64,000 nt of DNA from an uncultured Gammaproteobacteria bacterium (lineage in GTDB: Bacteria > Pseudomonadota > Gammaproteobacteria > GCF-002020875). Below are positions 34,297 to 46,686 of the stretch, in pieces (the stretch's first letter is position 1; every line of letters starts with the position of its first letter). Below the pieces are notes generated by a model that did not search any database, had not been told where the DNA came from, and saw only the letters and a program-made list of their open reading frames with translations. The DNA lies in contig CAXCCG010000005.1 of assembly GCA_963981015.1 (NCBI GenBank), forward strand, positions 726 through 64,725, read 5' to 3'. Made by a program: the position numbers and the translations under genes.

Positions 34297-35679
34297 ATGG
34301 ATAAGGGTGAAGCGGCAGGGATGCTGCCGGTAGAGCGTAGAGCTGCAGGCTCACTTGCTGCAATTTTTGCGTTGAGAATGTTGGGGCTGTTTATGTTGTT
34401 GCCCGTCTTGTCGCTGTATGCAGAGGGGTTTGAAGGGGGTACTCCGATGTTGATGGGGGTCGCTTTGGGAATCTACGGATTAACTCAAGCACTGTTTCAG
34501 ATCCCTTTTGGGATACTCTCAGATCGTTTGGGGCGCAAGCGGGTGATTGCGACAGGGTTACTGATCTTTGCAGCGGGCAGTGTGGTGGCAGCGATGGCTA
34601 CAACCATCGAAGGGGTTATCCTGGGGCGAGCCCTGCAAGGAGCGGGCGCGATTGCAGCAGCCACCATGGCGCTGTTGGCTGACCTGACAAGGGAGGAGCA
34701 GCGTACCAAGGCGATGGCCACCTTTGGGATGACCATTGGTCTCTCTTTTACGGTAGCTATCGTGTTGGGACCTGTGCTTGATAGATGGATCGGCATCTCC
34801 GGCATTTTCTGGATGACATCATTGCTCGCACTCCTGGGGTTGGTGGTACTGTTTAAAGTAGTACCAAATCCGGCCCACAGCCATATGCACCATGATGCCG
34901 AAACGGATCCCCTCCAGTTTAGTAAGGTACTGGGTAACGGGCAGCTACAGCGACTTAATTTCGGGATCTTTACACTGCATATGATCTTAACCGCGATCTT
35001 TGTGGTGATCCCGTTAGGATTACGTGACACAGGGTTGGTGGCCGGTGACCACTGGATGGTCTATCTGGGGGTTGTGCTGGTTGCGATGGTGATTATGGTT
35101 CCGCTGATGATTATCGGTGAGAAGAAAGGGAAGTTGAAAGAGGTCTTTTCACTCGCCATTGTGCTGGTGGCACTCTCTCAGTTTGGGTTATGGCAGTTCT
35201 CAAATTCACTTTGGGGCATCATAGCGGGTCTGGTAATCTTCTTTGGCGGATTTAATCTGCTTGAAGCAACGCTCCCTTCACTGATTTCAAAAATGGCACC
35301 CGCAGATCAGAAAGGGACCGCGATGGGAGTCTACGCCAGTTCTCAGTTTTTGGGTGCCTTTGTTGGAGGTGTATTGGGGGGGTGGATTCTAAGCTGGTCG
35401 GATGGAGTGGAGATTGCGCCGGTCTTTCTCTTTTCAGCACTGTTAGCACTGGTCTGGTTACTGTTTGCAATCAGTATGGAACGACCTCTAACGGTGAAGA
35501 GTCGGCTGATCCGAATCGAAAAAATGGATGGTGCGCAAGCGTCGTTGCTGGCAAAACAGATACAGGATGTGGCTGGAGTAGCAGAGGTAGTGGTGATTGC
35601 TGAAGACCAGGTCGCCTACCTGAAGGTTGATGAGAAAGAACTTGATCAAAAGGGGCTGGATGCAATTCTAGCTGCATGA
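34297..35679 (+). CDS. MFS transporter, YajR-like, with an extra cytosolic C-terminal domain
   Basis: 460 aa with about 12 predicted TM helices and MFS motif A (GILSDRLGRKRVI). A soluble tail of about 65 aa (LTVKSRLIRIEKMDG...VAEVVVIAEDQVAYLKVDEKELDQKGLDAILAA) resembles the YAM domain of E. coli YajR in size and position. The start could instead be the M 8 codons downstream. Confidence 0.8.
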   Translation: MDKGEAAGMLPVERRAAGSLAAIFALRMLGLFMLLPVLSLYAEGFEGGTPMLMGVALGIYGLTQALFQIPFGILSDRLGRKRVIATGLLIFAAGSVVAAMATTIEGVILGRALQGAGAIAAATMALLADLTREEQRTKAMATFGMTIGLSFTVAIVLGPVLDRWIGISGIFWMTSLLALLGLVVLFKVVPNPAHSHMHHDAETDPLQFSKVLGNGQLQRLNFGIFTLHMILTAIFVVIPLGLRDTGLVAGDHWMVYLGVVLVAMVIMVPLMIIGEKKGKLKEVFSLAIVLVALSQFGLWQFSNSLWGIIAGLVIFFGGFNLLEATLPSLISKMAPADQKGTAMGVYASSQFLGAFVGGVLGGWILSWSDGVEIAPVFLFSALLALVWLLFAISMERPLTVKSRLIRIEKMDGAQASLLAKQIQDVAGVAEVVVIAEDQVAYLKVDEKELDQKGLDAILAA

Positions 35680-35686
35680 GAAGATA

Positions 35687-35731
35687 CACTGCTGACAAGT
35701 ACACAGGTGGTTCCCAATGCGGTGCTTTTTT
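35687..35731 (+). terminator. Possible weak terminator after the MFS gene
   Basis: T6 at 35726-35731 is preceded by only a 6-bp long-range stem, cactgc (35687-35692) with gcggtg (35719-35724). The structure is poor. Confidence 0.25.
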
Positions 35732-35808
35732 GAACTCATTAGAAAATGACTACTTGTTTGGAAGCACCCTAAATTGTTTTAACTGATACTAAGAAGGAAG
35801 ATGAGAAG

Positions 35809-36291
35809 ATGGCAAGAGGAGTCAATAAGGTAATTCTGGTGGGTAATCTGGGTAATGATCCTGATGTGAAATACACAGCAGATGGTCGGGCGATTGCCAA
35901 TATCTCTCTGGCAACAACAGATAGTTGGAAAGACAAAAACACCGGAGAGCAGCAAGATCGTACAGAGTGGCATCGCGTGGTTTTCTTTAACCGATTGGCA
36001 GAGATCGTTTCGGAGTATCTGAAGAAAGGGGCTCAAGTCTATGTAGAAGGCCGTCTACAGACAAGCAAGTGGCAGGATCAAAGTGGTGCCGACCGTTATA
36101 CTACCGAGATTGTAGCGAGTGAGATGCAAATGTTGGGTGGTCGCAGTGGCGGAACTGCTGATTTTGGTGGTGCGCCAGTGGGGGGTGGGCAACAGCCACA
36201 ACAGCAGCGACCACAACAGCAGCCTTCAGCGGCAGCCCCTGCAGCAGCCGCTCCGATGATGGGGGATCTGGATGATGATATTCCATTTTAA
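35809..36291 (+). CDS. ssb: Single-stranded DNA-binding protein
   Basis: [23 protein letters not shown], an OB fold, a Gly/Gln/Pro-rich linker and the acidic tip DLDDDIPF. Confidence 0.99.
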   Translation: MARGVNKVILVGNLGNDPDVKYTADGRAIANISLATTDSWKDKNTGEQQDRTEWHRVVFFNRLAEIVSEYLKKGAQVYVEGRLQTSKWQDQSGADRYTTEIVASEMQMLGGRSGGTADFGGAPVGGGQQPQQQRPQQQPSAAAPAAAAPMMGDLDDDIPF

Positions 36292-36314
36292 GAAGGTATA
36301 GCTGTTTATAGTTA

Positions 36315-36349
36315 GAAACCCCTGCAAGTAGGTTCTTTCAGGGGTTTTT
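36315..36349 (+). terminator. Intrinsic terminator after ssb
   Basis: The stem pairs gaaacccctg (36315-36324) with caggggtttt (36339-36348). The T-run is at 36345-36349. Confidence 0.8.
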
Positions 36350-36380
36350 CGTGGGGGTTCTTGTTCAATGGAGAGTTGAA

Positions 36381-38249
36381 ATGAGTGTTGTAGCAAAGCT
36401 GGTAAAAGGTGTCATCACAGTTGTTGTCGTGGCGTTATTGGGGCTGACAGTTTGGGTGCAATTTTTCTTTGATGCCGAGGCGGTGCGTGATCAGCTGACA
36501 ATGGTTGTCGAGGAGAAGAGTGGTCATCGATTGGAAATTCGAGAGGAGTTGATGCTCTCAATTTTTCCTCAGATAGGGATTGAGACTGGTGGTATAACAC
36601 TTCATAGCCAGAGCGCAGGAGAGGCACCTCTGGTTGAGATCAAGCATGTGGAAATGAAAGTTTCACTGCTGCCGCTGCTTTTGAGTAATCTGGAGGCAGA
36701 TCAATTGGTGGTTGACGGGCTGCAGCTCAATTTGTTACGTAATGCAGAGGGGCGAGGCAACTGGGAGTCGCTGCTCTCCCCTCAGCCATCGGAGGCAGCC
36801 AAGCAGTCAGATTCCAGTAAACTGGCATTGGGCACTATTGCACTGGGGGGGATTGATATTCGCAATGGTTCTCTGCGCTGGGAGGACAGGATGGCAGCCA
36901 CCCAAACAGTTATTGAAAAAATACAGTTGAAAAGTGGTCCGGTTTCATTGGATGCTCCGGTCTCTATGCAGGGTGGATTGAGCTACCGACAGAATGGTGA
37001 AGCACTGCAGGGGACACTTCATTTTGAGGGGCAGCTAGAGCTGACTCAATCACTTGATAAGATCACCTTGCGTGACCTGAAATTGGTGAGTGAGAATCGT
37101 GGAAGTGCACTATTGGATGGCCAGCCACTGAATGCAGAGTTTGCAGGGAAGGTTACGGTTGAATCGCAGGGTGAAAAGGTGATACTGGATTCAATGAAGC
37201 TCACGCTGGATCAAACTACACTGCAAGGCAATGCTTCTCTACAGCAGGGTGAAAAGATGGTGGTACGTTTTGATCTGCAGGGAGACCAGCTGAACCTGGA
37301 TCGTTATCTGCCGAAAGAGGTGAGTGGGGGGGTGGTTGATCCTGTGGCTGGCTCTGCAGCGGGTGTGGTACAGCTGCCGGTTCAATTTTTACGCCAACTG
37401 GATCTGCTGGGAGATATTCGTCTGGATCAGTTTAAAGTGAGTGGGGCGCAGGCAACTGCAGTCGCCTTCCAGTTAAAGGCGCAAAACGGACGTGTCGATG
37501 TGGGTCCATTAACAGCGTCACTCTATGACGGCAGTTATCGGGGAACCGTTACTGTAGATGTAAGTGGTAGTGAACAGCCCGGGTTGGCGATGGAAGAAGT
37601 TCTTTCGAATGTTGACTTGGGGCAGCTGGTTGCTGAAATGGCCTCTGTTGATGCCGTTCGCGGACACTTCTCTGCAGATGGGAAAATGACAGCCGTTGGC
37701 TTGAGTAAAGATGAGATTATGAAGAGCTTAAGTGGCGCAGCGATTATCAATGTCACTGAAGGTGCTTTCAAAGGAGTTAATATTCCTCGGTTGATACGTC
37801 AGGCAAGGGCATTAATTGGAGGCAAGCCTCTTCCCTCAGACAGTGAACCCAATGAGACGCCATTTTCTGATTTGAAGGCATCTGTTCGTGCAAAGGATGG
37901 AAAGCTGGTGAGTGATTCTCTGGCAATAGATACTCCGGTGATGCGTTTGACAGGTAAAGGGTGGTATGCACTGCTTACCGAAGAGATCGAATATCGCTTA
38001 ACTGCAACAGTTGCAAAAGATCTTCCAAAAGAACTTATGGTTGGGCTGGAAGGGTTGGAGGGTAAACCATTTCCCATAATCATCCATGGTTCGATTCGTG
38101 ATCCGAAAGTGAAAGTTGACCTTGAAGGCGAGTTACAAGAGCGAATAAAACAGAAGATTGGCGACTTTCTGGATGGAGGGGGAGAGCAGAATGAGGGTGT
38201 AGAAAATTTGAAAAAGGGATTTGGAGGGATGTTAAAAAAACTGTTTTAA
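36381..38249 (+). CDS. AsmA-family outer-membrane biogenesis / lipid transport protein
   Basis: 622 aa from the ATG at 36381, with ggagag upstream. It has an N-terminal TM anchor (VITVVVVALLGLTVWVQFFF), a long beta-rich repetitive body and an AsmA_2-like C-terminal region (FKGVNIPRLIRQA...DTPVMRLTGKGWY). The ORF-track GTG at 36351 lies directly against the ssb terminator and is unlikely to be the start. Confidence 0.8.
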   Translation: MSVVAKLVKGVITVVVVALLGLTVWVQFFFDAEAVRDQLTMVVEEKSGHRLEIREELMLSIFPQIGIETGGITLHSQSAGEAPLVEIKHVEMKVSLLPLLLSNLEADQLVVDGLQLNLLRNAEGRGNWESLLSPQPSEAAKQSDSSKLALGTIALGGIDIRNGSLRWEDRMAATQTVIEKIQLKSGPVSLDAPVSMQGGLSYRQNGEALQGTLHFEGQLELTQSLDKITLRDLKLVSENRGSALLDGQPLNAEFAGKVTVESQGEKVILDSMKLTLDQTTLQGNASLQQGEKMVVRFDLQGDQLNLDRYLPKEVSGGVVDPVAGSAAGVVQLPVQFLRQLDLLGDIRLDQFKVSGAQATAVAFQLKAQNGRVDVGPLTASLYDGSYRGTVTVDVSGSEQPGLAMEEVLSNVDLGQLVAEMASVDAVRGHFSADGKMTAVGLSKDEIMKSLSGAAIINVTEGAFKGVNIPRLIRQARALIGGKPLPSDSEPNETPFSDLKASVRAKDGKLVSDSLAIDTPVMRLTGKGWYALLTEEIEYRLTATVAKDLPKELMVGLEGLEGKPFPIIIHGSIRDPKVKVDLEGELQERIKQKIGDFLDGGGEQNEGVENLKKGFGGMLKKLF

Positions 38250-38339
38250 GGCAACTGTTCAGGGGGTAGGAAAAAGGTTAAAGAATTTGACAGGGGCTGA
38301 ATAATTACGTTTTAAGTACGTTTTGAGGGTATAAAAGCA

Positions 38340-38363
38340 CTGCTCCCCTGTTAGGGGGAGCAG
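38340..38363 (-). terminator. Hairpin terminator downstream of the two-component operon
   Basis: A 9-bp GC-rich stem pairs ctgctcccc (38340-38348) with ggggagcag (38355-38363). Read on the minus strand it is followed by tgcttttat. It lies 13 nt past the response-regulator stop. Confidence 0.6.
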
Positions 38364-38376
38364 GTTGATGATTGGG

Positions 38377-39027
38377 TTAGTCGTCAATAATTCCCACGCG
38401 ATAGGCGTAGGCAACCAGTTCTACACCATTTTGCAGATCAAGTTTCTGCATGATATTTTGCCGGTGTTTTTCGACGGTTCGTGGACTGACAAAGAGCTTT
38501 TCGGCAACGCCACTATTGGTGAGACCTCTTGCGAGGGCACGCACTATATCTTTCTCACGATGGGTGAGCAATTTGGAGGAGAGCGCCTCCATAGCCTGTT
38601 CAATGGTTTGACCCAATGCGAGTTCCTCGGCAAAGATCGAGGTGCTGACGTAGGTCTCACCCTTGGCTACACGCAGGATTGCAGTTACGATCTCGGTGGT
38701 GGGTGTCTCTTTGGTCAAAAACCCCTTTGCTCCAGCCTGTAACATTTCAGTCGCACGATGCTTGTCCGAGATACTGCTAAGCCCCAGAATGGCAAGTTCT
38801 GGAAAAAGTTTATGAATTTTGATGGTGGTCTCGACCCCATCCATGTCAGGCATACGAATGTCAAGGATCACCACATCGGGCAGACAATTTTCAATTTTAT
38901 CCAGTGCCTGTTGGCCGCTCGCTGCTGCACCCACAACCTCGATCTCTTCAGATTGTGAGAGGAAGGTTCTCAGGGCCTCACGAATCAGAGGCTGATCATC
39001 AACCAGAAGTACGCGGATTGGTTTCAT
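38377..39027 (-). CDS. NarL/FixJ (LuxR-type HTH) family response regulator
   Basis: 216 aa. The REC domain contains [14 protein letters not shown]...[14 protein letters not shown]. The C-terminal GerE/LuxR HTH contains [43 protein letters not shown]. Confidence 0.92.
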   Translation of the reverse strand: MKPIRVLLVDDQPLIREALRTFLSQSEEIEVVGAAASGQQALDKIENCLPDVVILDIRMPDMDGVETTIKIHKLFPELAILGLSSISDKHRATEMLQAGAKGFLTKETPTTEIVTAILRVAKGETYVSTSIFAEELALGQTIEQAMEALSSKLLTHREKDIVRALARGLTNSGVAEKLFVSPRTVEKHRQNIMQKLDLQNGVELVAYAYRVGIIDD

Positions 39028-41717
39028 AGCATTGCTCTGAGTTGCTCTTCAAACTGGTTTAACAAATGTGAAATCTCTTCATGCTGTTGTTGTTTGGTCA
39101 TCTGTTCAAGCTGCTCCATCTGTGTGCTGAGTAGGGTGTACCCCATCATCATCGAATTTCCCTTGAGCATGTGTGCACTATCATACAGGCTACTCCAGTT
39201 ATGTTCAGCAAGTTGCTTTCGCATGACTTCCAGTTTGTTGAGGCTATCCTCTAGGAATAGAGCTGTCAATGTGTCATCCTGAGCGGGGTCATCTGGTTGT
39301 TCCAGTGGCAGTTGAAACTGCTGTAGCACTTGCTGCATCAGTTCGAGTAGTTGTACTTTTGTGACGGGTTTGGGTAGCCAGTGTGTGCAGCCGGCATCAA
39401 AGGCCTTTTTACGTGTTTCATCAAGTACATCGGCTGTCATGGCAATGATGGGAGTCGTGGGTAGACCATGTTGTCGTTCGATTTCACGTATCTTTCGGGT
39501 TGCCATAATCCCATCCATTTGAGGCATGCGGATATCCATTAATACCAGATTGAAAGTCTGTTGCTGGAAGCGCTCAACCGCCTTGTTGCCGTCCTTGACA
39601 GAGATGACCTGGTAGTTGTCTCTATCGAGAAAGCGTTCAATCAACATACGATTAATTTCTGAATCGTCGGCTACGAGAATCGTCTGTTGTACTTGTAAAT
39701 TAACTATATGTGATTGTTTTTGCAGCTTTGGTTTTAACTCATCTTCCGTAGCAACCTTGAAGGGGAGTAGAATGAAGAAATCACTCCCATCCCTTTCGTT
39801 ACTCTGTGCCCAGATCTCTCCACCCATCTGTTCCACCAGTGACTGGGTGATGGTAAGCCCTAGCCCGGTTCCTGAAGGCGCATTCTCTCCATCTTCATGA
39901 AAACGGTCAAAGGCCTCAAAGAGTTTGGGTAACTTATCGCTAGGAATGCCGCACCCACTATCACTGACTCGAATACGCAGCGTGACATCCTGGTTACTTT
40001 GAATTTCCAGAGAGAGAATAAGAGAAATTTTCCCCTTTTCGGTGAATTTGATGGCATTACTTAACAGGTTGAGTAGTACCTGACGGAACACCTTGGCATC
40101 TCCAACCAGTTGTTGTGGAATAGAGGGGTGGAGCATACTGTTAAATTCCAACCCCTTATGGGTCGCTTCGGGTATTACAATGGAGTTGATTTGCTGGATG
40201 ATTTTGGGTAGAGAGAATGGAGCGGTATGGAGGGTATATTTATTGGCTTCAATCTTGGAGAAGTCCAGAATGTTATTCAGAAGTTCTGAGAGATGGTTAC
40301 TGGCGCTGTTGAGAGAATCAACATAGTGATCTTGTTCAGGGTCTAAAGAAGTCTCTTTAAGAAGTTCGGAGAGACCTACAATCGCGTTGAGGGGGGTACG
40401 GATCTCATGACTCATCCGTGCAAGAAATTCACTCTTGCTCTGGTTGGCTCTTTCAGCCTCATTTTGACTCTTTTTGAGAGCAGCGGTTCGGTAATAGACG
40501 TGATGCTCCAGATTTTCCTGATACTCTTCCAACTCCTGGTTATGGTTGTCAATCGTAATCAGCATCTTGCCAATGGCCTCTGAGAGGCCCCGGATCTCAT
40601 TAATTCTCACCTGTTTGGGGAGTTGTTCAACAACATCACGAACCTGAGCCCCCAGGGTAATATTATGGGTAGCCCGAGTGAGCTGAAGTAGCGGGCGAAT
40701 CAGTGGCAGAGAGACAAAGAAGGCGAGGAGCAGTGCAAAAACAACAGCCACACTACCCGTCTGTAAAAGGATGGTTCGCAACTGGTCTACTGTTGCCAGT
40801 GCCTCATCCTCTGTTTTGAGTAGAGCCATGCCAAGATTAAGAGTCTCAATGGGTTGCCAGGCAACCAGAATCGGCTGGCAGGCGGTGTCGATGCTCCATC
40901 CGGCACCATGTTCCCCCCGCAATGCCTGGATCAGGGGCAGGTCGTCATACATTTCAATACGCCGTTCCAGGCAGTGATTGCTGGATTCGGGGACATCCCA
41001 GTCGAGATGAAGCAGAGAGACTCCGGTCTCATTTTCAGTAGCAAGCAGCAGTGCGCTATGGTTATTGGAGAGCTGATGCTCATCTGTTGAGAGCAGTGTA
41101 CTGAGACGGGTGACCTCTATCTCAACAGCAACCATCCCGATGATCACGCCCCGGTTCCAGACCGGTGCAGTCATGAAGGTTGCGAAGCGGTCATAGGGTT
41201 CATAAAAATCATGATATGGGCGTGAGATATTTTGTGTTCGCATCACCTCATTAAAACTGTTGGCAAGTGCAGAGTCGCGGAAGAAGTCATCATTAATATC
41301 CACATCGGTGTGTTGGGGTTGGAGCAGGTCGGCAATTACCTTTCCCTCACTGGAGAGTAGAATGAGATTTTTCATGCCCCACTGCTGAATCAGTGTGGGT
41401 AGCCTGGGGTTGCTGTGAATCAGCGCATGATCATGGGTATGGCTGCTGTGGTCTACTATTTCAGAGCCGAGCTGGGAGGATTGAGAGAGGTTGAGCAGGT
41501 GCTGGCGTCGTTCCGAGAAAAAGTCAAGAATCTGGAGTTTACGGATGTCACTGATATAAGAGAGTTCACTGAGGATTTCATCAGTGATTGCTGATTTAGC
41601 CAGATAGAGCGCAACACTTCCCATAATCAGCAGAGGAACCAGGGAGACAATCAGAAACCATCCGATCTGTTGGGTTGTCAGGTTTTGTAAACGGTGTGTT
41701 TTCATGAGAAGGGGCAT
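39024..41717 (-). CDS. Hybrid sensor histidine kinase (periplasmic Cache-like sensor-HAMP-HisKA-HATPase-REC-HPt)
   Basis: 897 aa. Two TM segments flank a sensor domain of about 290 aa. It carries the H-box [18 protein letters not shown], the G-boxes DSGCGIP and GTGLGLTI, a REC domain ([13 protein letters not shown]...[13 protein letters not shown]) and a C-terminal HPt ([13 protein letters not shown]). Its stop overlaps the regulator start (ATGA). Confidence 0.9.
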   Translation of the reverse strand: MPLLMKTHRLQNLTTQQIGWFLIVSLVPLLIMGSVALYLAKSAITDEILSELSYISDIRKLQILDFFSERRQHLLNLSQSSQLGSEIVDHSSHTHDHALIHSNPRLPTLIQQWGMKNLILLSSEGKVIADLLQPQHTDVDINDDFFRDSALANSFNEVMRTQNISRPYHDFYEPYDRFATFMTAPVWNRGVIIGMVAVEIEVTRLSTLLSTDEHQLSNNHSALLLATENETGVSLLHLDWDVPESSNHCLERRIEMYDDLPLIQALRGEHGAGWSIDTACQPILVAWQPIETLNLGMALLKTEDEALATVDQLRTILLQTGSVAVVFALLLAFFVSLPLIRPLLQLTRATHNITLGAQVRDVVEQLPKQVRINEIRGLSEAIGKMLITIDNHNQELEEYQENLEHHVYYRTAALKKSQNEAERANQSKSEFLARMSHEIRTPLNAIVGLSELLKETSLDPEQDHYVDSLNSASNHLSELLNNILDFSKIEANKYTLHTAPFSLPKIIQQINSIVIPEATHKGLEFNSMLHPSIPQQLVGDAKVFRQVLLNLLSNAIKFTEKGKISLILSLEIQSNQDVTLRIRVSDSGCGIPSDKLPKLFEAFDRFHEDGENAPSGTGLGLTITQSLVEQMGGEIWAQSNERDGSDFFILLPFKVATEDELKPKLQKQSHIVNLQVQQTILVADDSEINRMLIERFLDRDNYQVISVKDGNKAVERFQQQTFNLVLMDIRMPQMDGIMATRKIREIERQHGLPTTPIIAMTADVLDETRKKAFDAGCTHWLPKPVTKVQLLELMQQVLQQFQLPLEQPDDPAQDDTLTALFLEDSLNKLEVMRKQLAEHNWSSLYDSAHMLKGNSMMMGYTLLSTQMEQLEQMTKQQQHEEISHLLNQFEEQLRAML

Positions 41718-41777
41718 TTTTGCATAGCTGTCGCCTATTGACGACTACTCATTTATCACAGATTGATCGATTGAGGT

Positions 41778-41806
41778 TTGACCCGTTGGCTCCATACGTG
41801 TAAAAT
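41778..41806 (+). promoter_or_regulatory. Candidate sigma70 promoter of rplU-rpmA
   Basis: TTGACC (41778-41783), a 17-nt spacer, then TAAAAT (41801-41806). It sits about 85 nt upstream of the rplU ATG. Confidence 0.55.
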
Positions 41807-41889
41807 CTCGCCTCTTTCATGGATAGGCATGGTCTGATATTGAGGACTATAGGTAGCCTGTCTGCACTAAAAGTATGGAGTTTTCAAAG

Positions 41890-42201
41890 ATGTACGCAGT
41901 AATCAAAACGGGTGGAAAGCAGTACCGTGTCGCCGAGGGTACAAAACTTCGGGTCGAGAAGTTGGCCGTTGAAGAGGGTGGTAGTGTTGAATTTGACCAG
42001 GTGTTGATGGTTGCTGATGGAGATGACATCAAAGTGGGCGCACCTTTGCTGGAAGGTGGCAAGGTAACTGCAACAGTTTTGGCGAATGGACGTAGTAAAA
42101 AGGTGAAGATCATCAAGTTCCGTCGTCGTAAACATCACCGTAAGCAGATGGGACATCGTCAGTCCTATACTGAGGTGCAGATTACCGGCATTAGCGCATA
42201 A
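41890..42201 (+). CDS. rplU: 50S ribosomal protein L21
   Basis: [17 protein letters not shown] aligns with L21 from residue 1. GGAG lies 9 nt upstream of the ATG at 41890. The ORF-track start at 41875 adds 5 non-homologous residues. Confidence 0.97.
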   Translation: MYAVIKTGGKQYRVAEGTKLRVEKLAVEEGGSVEFDQVLMVADGDDIKVGAPLLEGGKVTATVLANGRSKKVKIIKFRRRKHHRKQMGHRQSYTEVQITGISA

Positions 42202-42239
42202 TTCAGAGATAATTCAGAGATAGGTTTTAAGGAAAGAAG

Positions 42240-42497
42240 ATGGCACATAAAAAGGCAGGCGGTAGTACCAGAAATGGTCGCGATTCAGAATCGAAACGGT
42301 TGGGTGTGAAGCGTTTTGGTGGTGAGAATGTGATTGCAGGAAATATCTTGGTTCGTCAGCGTGGAACCCATTTCCATCCTGGAGTAAATGTGGGTCGAGG
42401 CAAAGATGATACACTCTTCTCAAAATCAGACGGTGTGGTCACTTTCGAAGTGAAGGGTCCGAGGTCCCGTAAATTTGTGAGTGTTTATCCGGCATAA
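42240..42497 (+). CDS. rpmA: 50S ribosomal protein L27
   Basis: [28 protein letters not shown] is a canonical L27 sequence. Confidence 0.99.
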   Translation: MAHKKAGGSTRNGRDSESKRLGVKRFGGENVIAGNILVRQRGTHFHPGVNVGRGKDDTLFSKSDGVVTFEVKGPRSRKFVSVYPA

Positions 42498-42526
42498 CAG
42501 CTTAGCCGCTGAATGAAAATTTAGAG

Positions 42527-42551
42527 GGCTCCGCCATGCGGGGCCTTTTTT
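42527..42551 (+). terminator. Intrinsic terminator after rpmA
   Basis: The stem pairs ggctccgc (42527-42534) with gcggggcc (42538-42545). T6 follows at 42546-42551. Confidence 0.75.
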
Positions 42552-42602
42552 ATGTCTAGGATTATTGAGTAGTTGGCGTGCGACCAGATAGAAGGAAGTT
42601 AG

Positions 42603-44769
<2,167 letters not shown>

Positions 44770-44928
44770 ATATCGCTGTAAGTGGAAGTCTGAGGAGAGC
44801 TACCTATATGAGAAAGAGGGTAGCCAGCCCCAGAAAAGAGAGAAAACCGGTGTGTCTGTTACTGTTGTCAGTACCACGTAGCCTGCCAGTGCCGCGAGTC
44901 GATCCTGTTCCGGAGTGGATGATGTGGT

Positions 44929-46686
44929 TTAGCTATGGTCAGGACTGGAGCGGTTGAGTTGCTCAAACAGGTGGAGGATCTCATCATGGAAGGGGGTTGC
45001 AAGGAGCTGTTCTGTCAGGGGCTTTGCCATGTCCAGCCGGGTGTTGAGTACTGCCTGTTTAACCTCGGGCAGGGCTGAGGGGCTCATACTGAATTCACGT
45101 AACCCCATGCCAAGCAGCAGGCGAGTATAACGCTCATCACCAGCCAGCTCTCCACAAAGAGAGACGGGGATGTTATTGTGGCTGCCAGCCTTGATGACCA
45201 TATGTATCAAGCGCAGTACAGCAGGGTGTAGAGGGTCAAATAGATAGTTTACCTGGTCGTCCGTTCGGTCAATGGCCAGTGTGTACTGTGCCAGGTCATT
45301 GGTGCCGATGGAGAGGAAATCCAGGCATTGTGCAAAGCCATCTGCTGAAAGTGCGGCAGCCGGAGTCTCAATCATAGCACCTACTTTGAGTTCTGGATCA
45401 TAGGAAACATTGTTAGAATCAAGATGTCTTTTCTGTTCTTGTATATGGTTTTGGATCTGCACAATCTCCTGCAAACTGGTGACCATTGGCACCATCATCC
45501 GGATCTTTCCATGGGCTGAGGCGCGAAGAATGGCACGAATTTGGGGGATTAACAGGTCAAGATTTTTCAGTGAGAGACGGATGGCCCGTACGCCGAGTGC
45601 AGGGTTATCAGCACCCTCCATTTCAGCAATGGCTGGAATTGGTTTGTCGGTGCCGATGTCGAGTGTACGGATGGTGAGTGTGGCACCGTTGATCATCTCT
45701 ACAGTTGCTCGGTAATTTTCATACTGTTCTTCTTCAGTCGGGAGTGTTTTACGATTGAGGAAGAGGAACTCTGTGCGGTAGAGTCCGATGTCTCTACAGC
45801 CTGCCTGCTGCATAATCTCTATTTCACCGGGTAGCTCTACATTGGCTTGCAGTGAGATCGTGATATTGTCACGGGTTACGGCCGCTTGAGAACGCAGTTT
45901 GTTGAGTGACTCCTGGTGGTCACGTTGCTGCTGTTGTAATGATTGGTAGTGTGTAATGGTTAAGGGGTCTGAATTGATTAGAATCATCCCGTTGTTACCA
46001 TCCAGAATGAGTGATTCACCATCCTGCAGGTAGCGGTGGCTGTTGCCGGCCCCCATGACTGTCGGGATATGGAGGCTGCGGGCAAGAATGGCGCTGTGAG
46101 AATTGGGTGCACCATGTTCGGTGATGATTCCGGCTACACTCTGCTGGTGAAATAGAAGAATATCAGAGGCACTAAGGTTATCAGCCACAATGATTCTGTT
46201 GTTCTCATCCTCTTCCGGCTCAAGCAGTTCCTGGGTGTCATTCTCCTGTTGTAGCAAGAGTTGCATGATGCGGTTGATGACATGGTCAATATCATCTTTA
46301 CGGGTACGTAGATAAGGGTCCTCCATCTCTTCGAAAACCTGTACCAGAGTATCTCGCTGCTGTTTGAGTGCCCATTCTGCATTGCAGTATTGGCGGCGGA
46401 TCAATTTTACGGGTGCCCGACTGATGGCGTTATCTTCCAGCATCAATAGATGGGCATCAATAAAGTCTGTGACCTCACCGGGAACTCCGGCTGGCACCTT
46501 TGCACGTAGTTCAATGAGCTGATCACGGGCACCATCCAGTGCGCTGTTGTAACGTTCAATCTCAGTATCAACCAAGTATTCCGGTACAGTATATTCCGCA
46601 ATATCGGGTTGTCCGTGCTCCATCAGGTAGGCTTTTCCGAGAGCAATTCCACGAGCAACGCCGATGCCATGTAACATGATGCTCAT
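44929..46686 (-). CDS. ptsI: Phosphoenolpyruvate-protein phosphotransferase (PTS Enzyme I), without a GAF domain
   Basis: 585 aa, colinear with E. coli PtsI. The active-site region is GAPNSHSAILARSL, and it also has GLYRTEFLF and SIGTNDLAQYTLAIDR. There is no N-terminal extension of the PtsP type. Confidence 0.9.
   Translation of the reverse strand: MSIMLHGIGVARGIALGKAYLMEHGQPDIAEYTVPEYLVDTEIERYNSALDGARDQLIELRAKVPAGVPGEVTDFIDAHLLMLEDNAISRAPVKLIRRQYCNAEWALKQQRDTLVQVFEEMEDPYLRTRKDDIDHVINRIMQLLLQQENDTQELLEPEEDENNRIIVADNLSASDILLFHQQSVAGIITEHGAPNSHSAILARSLHIPTVMGAGNSHRYLQDGESLILDGNNGMILINSDPLTITHYQSLQQQQRDHQESLNKLRSQAAVTRDNITISLQANVELPGEIEIMQQAGCRDIGLYRTEFLFLNRKTLPTEEEQYENYRATVEMINGATLTIRTLDIGTDKPIPAIAEMEGADNPALGVRAIRLSLKNLDLLIPQIRAILRASAHGKIRMMVPMVTSLQEIVQIQNHIQEQKRHLDSNNVSYDPELKVGAMIETPAAALSADGFAQCLDFLSIGTNDLAQYTLAIDRTDDQVNYLFDPLHPAVLRLIHMVIKAGSHNNIPVSLCGELAGDERYTRLLLGMGLREFSMSPSALPEVKQAVLNTRLDMAKPLTEQLLATPFHDEILHLFEQLNRSSPDHS

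Noticed and set aside
35693-35707. CTG...CAG element (ctgacaagtacacag) upstream of ssb.
   Set aside because: The spacing is CTG-N9-CAG, one nt short of a LexA box, and the interior is not A/T-rich. It is probably chance.
36351-36380. ORF-track GTG start that extends the AsmA-family protein by 10 residues.
   Set aside because: The GTG sits immediately after the last T of the ssb terminator and has no RBS. The ATG at 36381 has ggagag upstream and begins the TM anchor.
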